A stretch of 40,582 nucleotides of DNA from an uncultured Planctomycetota bacterium (GTDB lineage Bacteria > JAJVIF01 > JAPKYR01 > CAZSPL01). The position numbers were made by a program, and so were the translations under genes. Under the pieces are notes generated by a model. The model saw only the letters and a list, made by a program, of their open reading frames with translations, was not told the origin of the DNA and did no database searches. Positions within the stretch are counted from its first letter, which is position 1. Every line of letters begins with the position of its first letter. Shown here in pieces: positions 26,066-33,977 of this stretch. Where the stretch lies: positions 1 to 40,582 of the forward strand of contig CAZSPL010000008.1 in assembly GCA_964608735.1 (NCBI GenBank), read 5' to 3'.

Positions 26066-28396
26066 ATGGGCAGACATCTACCAGCCATAAGCCTTCTCTC
26101 AATTTTAATTTTGACAATATTCGGATGTTCGGGCGGCGGCGGTAGTCCTGCCATCCCGGACAGCCCCGCCGCGGAAGTTGAAGCCGCGCTCGCTTCGTCC
26201 CATGCGCTCTGGGGATTCTGGACATTCGCGGCTGACCCGGATGCCGGCACCATCGATGTGGTCGAGCATCGCGCGGGCGACCTGCATCTTAACGCGCTTC
26301 GGTTCCTCGAACCCCCCGCGCTGCTCTACCTCACGCTCGAAAGCGCGCCGCAGTTCAACGGCAATGTGCTCACCATCGATATCGGGCTGCGTCACCCGTT
26401 TCTCGGCGAAGTTGTTTTCACCGGGTTCGATGTGAGGGGAATCATGATTTCCGACGGCTCGCTGAGCGGTTTCGATAATCCCGACCTCTTGATTCCCGGG
26501 CAGGGGGATACCCGGCTCCTCAATGCCGATGGGCTCACGCGCTGGTGGAATCCCACGGAGTTTCCATATAATGCTCAGAACCCAATCTTCGGCTACATCG
26601 ACGGCCTGCTCGGAACGCCCGATTCCACCGCCGATTTCACCGCGACCCTCAACGGTTATAAATATTTCACGAATAATCTCGATCCGGACGAAAGCATCGA
26701 CGACATCAATCCCGATGGCAGGGGGATTTTCTCCGCGGGGCAGAAAAACGTCCGGCGCTATGTCATCAAGCTCGAAAGCGGGCTTGTGTTCAACTACGCG
26801 GTCGACGCGTCGTGGGTATTCCCCACCGGCGACCCGCCCTACGATGTTCCCGATGATTTCCCGCAGGCCGCGAATTCGCCGGAAGCGTGGAACATCATCG
26901 TCACCGAGCTTGATAATACGCTCTACAACGACGGGGTGGATTCGGGTGGGGAACTGCATCTCGATATCCGCGTCTATGACTGGTTCAAGGCGGATTTGAA
27001 TACGCTCAGGGCCGAAGCGCCGGGCAATTTCAACATGGCGGTTTCGGATACACCCACGGACGGCGGGACGGGATATTCGACATATCAGCTCGATATTTTA
27101 AATGCCTATCCAGTAACAGCAGGCGAGCTGGACATCCTGATTTCGGTGGATAGCAATATAAATGATTACGGCGGCCTTCTTCCGGGCGAGCCGGTGGCAT
27201 CATACTGGTGGCATACAACCACGGTCTCCGATACCGGCCCGCAGGTTCAGACTCACGAATGGCCGCTGTATCACTTCGACACGAAGAGCACCGGCTACAA
27301 TCCCGCCGAGGACGACCTTGCGCCGCCCCTCGAAATTTACTGGTCGCAGAATCACGGCGGCGGCCCCATCTTTTTCTCGCCGGTGGTCGCCGAGGAAAAA
27401 GTGTTCTACGTTAACTGCTCGAGCGACACGCTTCGCGCCGTCGACTGGGAAACCGGCACGGAGATATGGGAAGCCGATGTGGACCCCAATGATGAGACGA
27501 GCTGGGGCTACTGGTGCGGCCCGGCATATCACGACGGCCATGTGTTCGCGGGCGGCGTCAATGCATATTGCTTCGACGCGGATGACGGGACCCAGGAGTG
27601 GGAATATGTCAGCTCCCAGAATTATGTCTTCGGCTCGATAATGGTCGCCGACGGCGTGGTGTTTCTTCCCGGACGCTACGGCCGCCTCGAAGCCGTCGAC
27701 GAAACCGACGGCTCGCACCTGTGGGACATCTCCACCGGCGACACGTTCGTGGGATGCTTCTGGATAACATGTGGCGACGACCTCGTCTATACCGGCGGCT
27801 CGACCAACGGCGAGGTCTATGCGCGGCAGAAGCTCGCCGGTACCGGCGGGTGGATGACCATCGGGCCGGACCCGGGGCCGACGTCTTACAACGACCGATC
27901 GTTCCGAAACGCCGGGGCGGTCGATGAGAACGGATATCTCTACTCCGGAAACTATTCGCGTAACTTCTATAAATTCAACGGCGCGACCGGCGCTATCGAA
28001 TGGACATACGAACTCGGCAACCGCGAGCCGTTCAACGCATGCTGCATCTATGACGATTGCGTTTTCTTCGGAAGCGTTGCCGTATACGGCTCCCAGGTGC
28101 CTGACGAAGCCCTGGAAGGCGCACTGTACGCGGTGAATCTCGACGGCAGCGAGCGGTTTATATTCCCCGACCCGCACGGTGGATTTATTCAGCATGACCC
28201 GGTTGCGTCGGGCGGATATATCTGGGTCGGAAGCTCGAAGGGTTGGTTCTACGCCATCGACGCGGCCACCGGTGCACTCGAATGGGAGATGCAGCTTTCA
28301 TCGTCGGCAATCAACAGCGGCTCGGCCATCGCTAATAACAGGATTTATACCGGCGATACTGGGGGCACGATATACTGCCTGCGACCGGTGGAGTAA
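26066..28396 (+). CDS. lipoprotein: unknown ~360-aa N-terminal domain + PQQ-like (BamB-type) beta-propeller
   Basis: 776 aa with lipobox LTIFGC. From about aa 400 the C-terminal half has repeated ..G.lyA.D..TG...WE propeller blades. Confidence 0.85.
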   Translation: MGRHLPAISLLSILILTIFGCSGGGGSPAIPDSPAAEVEAALASSHALWGFWTFAADPDAGTIDVVEHRAGDLHLNALRFLEPPALLYLTLESAPQFNGNVLTIDIGLRHPFLGEVVFTGFDVRGIMISDGSLSGFDNPDLLIPGQGDTRLLNADGLTRWWNPTEFPYNAQNPIFGYIDGLLGTPDSTADFTATLNGYKYFTNNLDPDESIDDINPDGRGIFSAGQKNVRRYVIKLESGLVFNYAVDASWVFPTGDPPYDVPDDFPQAANSPEAWNIIVTELDNTLYNDGVDSGGELHLDIRVYDWFKADLNTLRAEAPGNFNMAVSDTPTDGGTGYSTYQLDILNAYPVTAGELDILISVDSNINDYGGLLPGEPVASYWWHTTTVSDTGPQVQTHEWPLYHFDTKSTGYNPAEDDLAPPLEIYWSQNHGGGPIFFSPVVAEEKVFYVNCSSDTLRAVDWETGTEIWEADVDPNDETSWGYWCGPAYHDGHVFAGGVNAYCFDADDGTQEWEYVSSQNYVFGSIMVADGVVFLPGRYGRLEAVDETDGSHLWDISTGDTFVGCFWITCGDDLVYTGGSTNGEVYARQKLAGTGGWMTIGPDPGPTSYNDRSFRNAGAVDENGYLYSGNYSRNFYKFNGATGAIEWTYELGNREPFNACCIYDDCVFFGSVAVYGSQVPDEALEGALYAVNLDGSERFIFPDPHGGFIQHDPVASGGYIWVGSSKGWFYAIDAATGALEWEMQLSSSAINSGSAIANNRIYTGDTGGTIYCLRPVE

Positions 28397-28571
28397 AAAA
28401 GCAGGGACAGTCACCTGTTTCTGGATAATGCGCTCTTGTTGTAGCGCAGGCATCTTGCCTGCATCTTTCCTGCCTTGCCTCCCTTGCAGGCAGGATGCCT
28501 GCGCTACAATCAGAACAATTGCCCCTTAGATTCCTTAAAAATGCACCATTCGTGACTGTCCCTACTTTTTT
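28395..28571. repeat. palindromic REP/MITE-like element, probable bidirectional terminator
   Basis: The 20-nt terminal inverted repeat is AAAAAAGCAGGGACAGTCAC (28395-28414) against GTGACTGTCCCTACTTTTTT (28552-28571), matching 19/20. An inner 24-nt inverted repeat spans 28439-28462 and 28486-28509 (23/24). A/T runs flank it on both sides. It lies between convergent genes and overlaps both stop codons. Confidence 0.7.
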
Positions 28572-29629
28572 ACTATTTTTACCGCGGTTCCTTCCTCCGC
28601 CGACTTCCGCACCGCCTCGACCACAAGCAAATCCTTTAGTCCCACTTCGCCGGTGGCTTCAAGTTCAGCCTGGCCCCGTATCGCCAGCGCGAACCACCGA
28701 TGCTGCTCATACTGGCGCTTCGTACGCTCCGGCCTCGATAAATACCAGTCGAACTCCACGTGCCCCGGCGCGCAGGACTTGTCGCAACACCATGCCTCGC
28801 CTTCGTACGGCTTCTTCACTTCCCACGCTATCCGGCTCCCGCGCCGCCCGACATAGCCCTCGGTGCCGTAGATGAAGAACATGTCGGCATCGCATGCAAA
28901 GCTCGACGCGAAGCTTCCCGTCACGCCGCGAGAAAACCGCACCGACGCGAAGGTGGTCTCATCGCACGGGAATGTCTCCCTGCATATCATGCTCGAAGAT
29001 TGCGCGCTAACTTCGCTGATGTCGTCCCCGACAAGCCATTGCGCGAGGTCGATATGATGTATCGCCAGTTGAATGAACGAGCCGCCGCCGATAAGCTCCG
29101 GCGATGCCCGCCAGTCATCCTTCGCAAAGGGGCGCTTCAGGTGACGCGTATGCGCCATCATCGCCTGCACGGCGATTACTTCGCCGATGCATCCCGCCTC
29201 TATCATCCCTTTCATCTGCCGGTAGACAACATTCCCGCGCTCCTCCATCGTGACTCCGAGCATCCTGCCCGACCTCTTCGCCTTTTCAATCATCTCGCGG
29301 GCTTCCTTCGAATTACGCGCTATCGGCTTCTGGACGGTGCAATGTTTGCCGGCTTCGAGCGCCGCTATCGCCTGTGGATGATGCATGTGGTTCGGCGTGT
29401 TTATCATCATCAGCTCGACCTCGGGCGTGAGGAGGTCTTCGAACCGGGTGAATGCATTCGCTATGTTGAACCGCTTCGCGATATTCGATGCCGCGTCGGG
29501 GTTGATATCCTGCACGGCGATGAAATTCAGCTCGGGATAGCCGCGTATGACCTCGAGGATATCGATGGTCACACCGCCGCATCCGGCGATGGCGGCTCGT
29601 ACGGGTTCGAAAATTTCTTTATCAGCCAT
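28562..29629 (-). CDS. Gfo/Idh/MocA family NAD(P)-dependent oxidoreductase
   Basis: Start moved to MADKEIFEPVRAAIAGCGGV (ATG at 29629). It has an N-terminal Rossmann fold and the EKP-like motif VQKPIA. Confidence 0.85.
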   Translation of the reverse strand: MADKEIFEPVRAAIAGCGGVTIDILEVIRGYPELNFIAVQDINPDAASNIAKRFNIANAFTRFEDLLTPEVELMMINTPNHMHHPQAIAALEAGKHCTVQKPIARNSKEAREMIEKAKRSGRMLGVTMEERGNVVYRQMKGMIEAGCIGEVIAVQAMMAHTRHLKRPFAKDDWRASPELIGGGSFIQLAIHHIDLAQWLVGDDISEVSAQSSSMICRETFPCDETTFASVRFSRGVTGSFASSFACDADMFFIYGTEGYVGRRGSRIAWEVKKPYEGEAWCCDKSCAPGHVEFDWYLSRPERTKRQYEQHRWFALAIRGQAELEATGEVGLKDLLVVEAVRKSAEEGTAVKIVKK

Positions 29630-29809
29630 AAGTTGCCATCCTGTCGTCGTAAGGCTTAATACTCTATCGCAGCACGATACTTTTTTAAATGCCGGGGCCG
29701 GAAATTGGGGACTCATTTCTGTTCGATTGATTCTATTTAAGTCGAGGAAGGCGTAAAATATGGCATCTAAAGAGATATGAAAAAAATCGACATTAAGGAG
29801 GTCGAGATA

Positions 29810-31072
29810 ATGAGTAGACGGGCAATTATCCTTTCAATAATATTTATTTTCCTCGTAGCGGCCGGATGCTCCGGCTCGGGCGGCGTCACCCCGGAGCGCG
29901 GAAGCGCGGTGGTCGGAATCATCGGCAGCCCCGGTGAATTCCCCGAACTCGATACCGTCGCCGCCAATCTCGAAGAGCAGTTCGGCTCGGTCAAGTATAT
30001 CGAGCCGGGGGAATATCCCGCCGGCATGTCCTGCCTGCTTATTACCGGGATCAGCGGCGATGAGCGCCATAACCGCATACGCAACGAATATTTCGACAAA
30101 CGCGGAGTCCCGCCCGACCAGTGGGACCCGGGACGGATGGCCTTCCGGCTCCACATCCGCGAGAGGAATATCCGCGCGGTCGGCCTTATCGCCATGAATC
30201 GCGCCGAACTTCGCAACTGGCTCCGTTACATGAACGATGAATTCGCGAAGGGCAGGAGGTTCGATTTCGAGGGGGGCGAATGGCGGATGCATTGCCGCGA
30301 AATCGCCGCCGATGAAGTCGCTCCATCCGAACGGGAAGCCCAGTGGGGGACATACGCCCACCAGAGGATGTCCGAGATCGCGGTCGTCGAAATGGGATAC
30401 GACACCAAGGTGCGCAAGGATGCCGGGCAGGCGTATGCGATCGATTTCTACTACAATGACGAGCTGAAATACACATCCTATGTCGCCGGCAATGAAACGC
30501 CGATGCAGCTTCTCATCCGCGGCGCATGGGAATGCGATATCATCCATGACAAATTGTTCGAGGGCGTATTCGAGAACCTCCTCTACCGCAAGCTTGGCCA
30601 CGCGTGGTTTCCACCGAACGGCGACCCGGGTTTGGCGGATGATTTCGCCTGGACCTACGGCGTGGCGGCGGCATGGCGCTTCATATGGGACAAGGAAGGC
30701 CCGGCGTATTACTACCTGGGCCTCACCATGCACCTCATAGAGGATGTCGGTATCCCGCTCCACACTAAGCTCAATATCCTCGATCAAATTCTCTATCACA
30801 CTGCCATCGAAAACGATCTCGATGAATTCTGGTATGAAGAGATAGACTACGGCATACACGATCAACCCATCCACTCGTTTACAGACCTCAAGGGCGCTAT
30901 CGCCGAGCTGGGGACCGCGTCGAACCAGGATTTCGATGACCTCATAAGTGGATATGTCTGGGGATGGCTTTTCGGCTATGACGACTACTACAATGTCGCA
31001 AGGAACAGCGCGGCGAGGACGATGTCGTACGTCAAGGGCCTGCTTCAGCTTGCGGAGCCGTATACGGGGTAG
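29810..31072 (+). CDS. lipoprotein with a C-terminal zinc phospholipase C / S1-P1 nuclease-fold domain
   Basis: Start moved to MSRRAIIL (the ATG is preceded by AAGGAGG at -10). It has lipobox VAAGC, a WGTYAH motif (W190/H195 in ORF-track numbering) and HLIEDVGIPLH (H319, D323, H329). The latter has the H-x3-D-x5-H spacing of the PLC zinc signature. Confidence 0.7.
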   Translation: MSRRAIILSIIFIFLVAAGCSGSGGVTPERGSAVVGIIGSPGEFPELDTVAANLEEQFGSVKYIEPGEYPAGMSCLLITGISGDERHNRIRNEYFDKRGVPPDQWDPGRMAFRLHIRERNIRAVGLIAMNRAELRNWLRYMNDEFAKGRRFDFEGGEWRMHCREIAADEVAPSEREAQWGTYAHQRMSEIAVVEMGYDTKVRKDAGQAYAIDFYYNDELKYTSYVAGNETPMQLLIRGAWECDIIHDKLFEGVFENLLYRKLGHAWFPPNGDPGLADDFAWTYGVAAAWRFIWDKEGPAYYYLGLTMHLIEDVGIPLHTKLNILDQILYHTAIENDLDEFWYEEIDYGIHDQPIHSFTDLKGAIAELGTASNQDFDDLISGYVWGWLFGYDDYYNVARNSAARTMSYVKGLLQLAEPYTG

Positions 31073-31116
31073 CCCTGCATTCCGTGTTAAACGAAAACCC
31101 TCTTCCGTAAATTCAA

Positions 31117-31146
31117 AACCCGCCGTATGGCGGGTTATTTTGTTTG
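31117..31146 (+). terminator. intrinsic terminator
   Basis: AACCCGCC-GTAT-GGCGGGTT followed by ATTTTGTTTG, 45 nt after the stop at 31072. Confidence 0.8.
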
Positions 31147-31217
31147 CGTTTCACATCAATACCTGAAACCCGAGCCCCGACCGTCAGGGAGGGGACACTG
31201 CGCGTAGCTCGAATAAA

Positions 31218-31425
31218 GAACACGGGCAAGCTACGGGAGAGTGTTGCGACAGATTTCCGGTGATGTAACGCTTGTCCGTGCCACACGGGTTTAGATGATG
31301 AATAAAGGAAGAAGACACGAATCTGTAGCCACTCCAAGCCGAGTCTTCGAGGTTTGGAGTGGTCTCACCTCATGCATCATACCAATCCACACGGGCAAAC
31401 TCGAAGACTCGCGTGCCCGTGGCAC
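31218..31425 (+). other. unclassified highly structured element (candidate ncRNA) in a convergent intergenic region
   Basis: Helices:
- 31221-31231 pairs with 31270-31280 (11 bp, one G-U).
- 31329-31340 pairs with 31351-31362 (12 bp, one G-U).
- 31390-31397 pairs with 31414-31421 (8 bp).
- Loop-loop 31340-31351 pairs with 31400-31411 (12/12).
Strand is guessed from the G-U pairs. Confidence 0.3.
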
Positions 31426-31454
31426 CTGATAGTTCATATCTTTTCCGGTGATAA

Positions 31455-32378
31455 TTACAATCCGAACGAATATAAAAATCCCCCAGCGGAATCAAATACA
31501 AGGCACTTCTTCTCGGCGCAGAAAAAATACATCTTCCCGTCTCTAACCTGCACATCGACGGGCGAATAGTAGCGGTCGAAGTCGCCGTCATACGCCTCAT
31601 ACTTGCCGAGCAATCCGCCCGCTGGGTCCACGTGCCACACCGCCCCGGCGAATCCGCCTTTCGAGCCGGGCGTGTCGGTTATGAGCAACGTGCCGTCATC
31701 GAGTACGAAAATATCATTGAATGTTCCCTCACCGCCCCATTTCAATGTCTGCATCGAGGAGACGAGGTCGCCGTTTTCATTGTATGCGTAAAGGTTCCGC
31801 AACGCAGATGGGTCGTCGGAATCGATCGCGACGAAGAGCCTGCCATCGGCGGCGGCCGCCATCGCGGTGATATATTTAAATTCCGTCCCCACCCCTTCAC
31901 CAGATTCGGGTTCGAGAGTGCCCTTGTGGTTTCCCTCGAGGTCATATTTCTCTATGCGGTTATTTCCGTTGGATGCCACGTAGATGAATCCCCGCGCGTC
32001 GATCGCAATCGCCCGCGGACTCCTCAACTGCCCGTATCCCTCCCCCTTCTCGCCGATGGAATATTGATAATCGAAATCCTCGTCGTACACATTCACCGTG
32101 GCTTTCATCCTGTCGAGCACGAAAAGTCGGCCGTCCGGTGTGCCCGCGATATCCCACGGCATGAGCATCGAGCCGGTGCCGATTTCCTTTACATGTGAGC
32201 CCATCAATTTGCCCATATTGTCGACGACGCGCAGCTTGGTCTCATCGTTCGGGGTGATGTAGACGAATCCACCCCCCGGTACCGGCCATGCCGCGAACGG
32301 CTCGTTCCCCTTGGCCGAGATGGGCAATGAAATCGCGAAGAACGCCGCAATGAAAATGGCGAATGCAAAGAACCGCAT
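31455..32378 (-). CDS. secreted NHL-repeat beta-propeller protein
   Basis: Start taken at MRFFAFAIF (signal peptide ..LPISAKG); an upstream ATG at 32393 is possible. It has repeated NHL-like blades (LRSPRAIAIDARGFIYVASNGNNRIEKYD). Confidence 0.82.
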   Translation of the reverse strand: MRFFAFAIFIAAFFAISLPISAKGNEPFAAWPVPGGGFVYITPNDETKLRVVDNMGKLMGSHVKEIGTGSMLMPWDIAGTPDGRLFVLDRMKATVNVYDEDFDYQYSIGEKGEGYGQLRSPRAIAIDARGFIYVASNGNNRIEKYDLEGNHKGTLEPESGEGVGTEFKYITAMAAAADGRLFVAIDSDDPSALRNLYAYNENGDLVSSMQTLKWGGEGTFNDIFVLDDGTLLITDTPGSKGGFAGAVWHVDPAGGLLGKYEAYDGDFDRYYSPVDVQVRDGKMYFFCAEKKCLVFDSAGGFLYSFGL

Positions 32379-32443
32379 GGTTATCACATCCAAATCGGGC
32401 TGAACTGATTCATGTATATCATATCCGATGAGTCACGGCGATG

Positions 32444-32533
32444 GAAAAGATAGGAACAGTCACCTGTTTCGCACGGGGATACGCGATAACCCGTATTGCC
32501 ATGAGCGAAACACGTGACTGTCTCTGCTTTTTC
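32444..32533. repeat. second copy of the palindromic element; probable dnaN terminator
   Basis: The stem pairs 32456-32472 (ACAGTCACCTGTTTCGC) with 32505-32521 (GCGAAACACGTGACTGT), 16/17 bp. The right arm read in reverse, GAAAAAGCAGAGACAGTCACGTGTTTC, closely matches the left arm of the 28395 element. A T-rich tail follows on the minus strand. Confidence 0.7.
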
Positions 32534-33660
32534 TACTCCGTCATCCTGACGGGCATTATCACGTATGTATATCCGGCCAGCTCCGGTACCTGGAGCACTC
32601 CCGGGTCGAGGCTTCCGGAAAACTTCAGCTGGACCTTGTCCTCGTCGATGTTGTTGAGCGGGTCGAGGAGGAACGTGTAGTTGAATGCCACGTTCATCTC
32701 GTCATCCCCTTCCTTCTCCACCGGGAGCTTCTCATATGCCGACCCGACATTCTCCACGCTCGATGACACGCTCAGCTCGTTTTTCTTTGTCGAAAGGATT
32801 GCCATGTCGCGTCCTTCGCGAAGTTTGGCCATGATGGCGACACCTTTCAGCGAGCGGATAAGCGCCTTCTTGTCGATCGCGATGCTGCCCTTGAAACTGG
32901 CCGGCACCACCTTGCGGTAATCGGGGAAGCTGACATCCATCAGGTGACAGATGACCTCAACGTCGTCGAATGTAAAACTCGCCAGGGCCGTCGAAATGTT
33001 CAGCTCGATGTCCCCCTCGAAGTCGCTGGACAGGATGCGGTTAAGGTCGACCATTATCTCGGCGGGGACCAGCGCGCGTATGTCCTTCTTGGCTTTCCTC
33101 GGGGATGTCATATCGGCTTCGATCAAGGCGAGCCTGCGGCCGTCGGTCGCGACTATGCTCATCTTCTTGCCGACGAATTCCATCAGAATGCCGCTGGTGA
33201 ATGTCTTGGACATCTCGAGCGACGAGGCGAATATCGTCTTGCGAAGGTAGTCGTTGAATGTCTGTATCGGCAACCGTATCTGTTCGTCACGGTCGGTGAA
33301 CTCCGGCAGGTTGGGATAATCTTCGCCCGGACGTCCCGCGAGCTTATAGGTGGATGACGGGGTCTTGATGACGACCTGCCCGGAATCCTTGAACTCCAGG
33401 TCGAATTCCTCCTCTGCGAGGTTCGATACGATTTCCTGCAGCATCTTCGCGGGCACTGCCACCTGGCCTGGGTCGCTGATCTCTGCGTCGACGCGGCACC
33501 GTATCCCGGCTTCCATGTTGTAGCCGGTAAGCTCCAGCTTGTTGTCCGTCGCGGTAATCAGGATGTTCGCCAGTATGGGCAGCGTGGGTTTAGTCGCGAT
33601 TGCCCTGATGACGATGTTCAAAGTTCTCAGGAAGTCTTTGCCGTGGCATCGAATTTTCAT
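32533..33660 (-). CDS. dnaN: DNA polymerase III beta sliding clamp
   Basis: 375 aa with a typical N-terminus (..RAIATKPTLPILANILI..) and a three-domain length. Conserved clamp motifs are present throughout. Confidence 0.93.
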   Translation of the reverse strand: MKIRCHGKDFLRTLNIVIRAIATKPTLPILANILITATDNKLELTGYNMEAGIRCRVDAEISDPGQVAVPAKMLQEIVSNLAEEEFDLEFKDSGQVVIKTPSSTYKLAGRPGEDYPNLPEFTDRDEQIRLPIQTFNDYLRKTIFASSLEMSKTFTSGILMEFVGKKMSIVATDGRRLALIEADMTSPRKAKKDIRALVPAEIMVDLNRILSSDFEGDIELNISTALASFTFDDVEVICHLMDVSFPDYRKVVPASFKGSIAIDKKALIRSLKGVAIMAKLREGRDMAILSTKKNELSVSSSVENVGSAYEKLPVEKEGDDEMNVAFNYTFLLDPLNNIDEDKVQLKFSGSLDPGVLQVPELAGYTYVIMPVRMTE

Positions 33661-33977
33661 TTTTTTCTCGCATTACGACCGGGACGGCCCGGGGAATTAA
33701 ACGGTGAAACTATGTGTAATCGAAATAGAAATACACCACACTCCGCCGCCGAACCGGCTGCGGAGAAATACTCCGGTAGAGAATATCCCACAGAGGGCAC
33801 TCCCCCCCGTCGGGTAATATTAACCTAAATTTATTTATACGTAAAGGGCATCTAAATAGTCTTAGAAAGGGCGGTGTTCTCCAGAGGTAAAAAGGATATT
33901 TTCCGTTGCTGGTATTATTTGCTGGCTGACGAGCTTATCTTATAGTAAAATATCCGCACTATTCAGGAGGGACGGTT

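Noticed and set aside
28179-28529. ORF-track entries running through the palindromic repeats (28179-28529+, 28495-28875+, 32441-32680+).
   Set aside because: They overlap the real flanking genes out of frame or in antisense and read through inverted-repeat DNA, giving products such as ..LPCRQDACATIRT. They are repeat-derived pseudo-ORFs, not genes.
31113-31569. ORFs 31113-31337(-) and 31354-31569(+) inside the structured intergenic region; a small toxin/antitoxin idea.
   Set aside because: Neither has an SD. The first spans the upstream gene's terminator hairpin. The second starts at a TTG inside a stem and runs into the NHL gene in antisense. There is no hydrophobic toxin-like peptide.
33661-33977. 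Possible oriC next to dnaN.
   Set aside because: There is no exact TTATCCACA/TGTGGATAA box, only two degenerate look-alikes, and no adjacent dnaA. It is kept only as a low-interest note.
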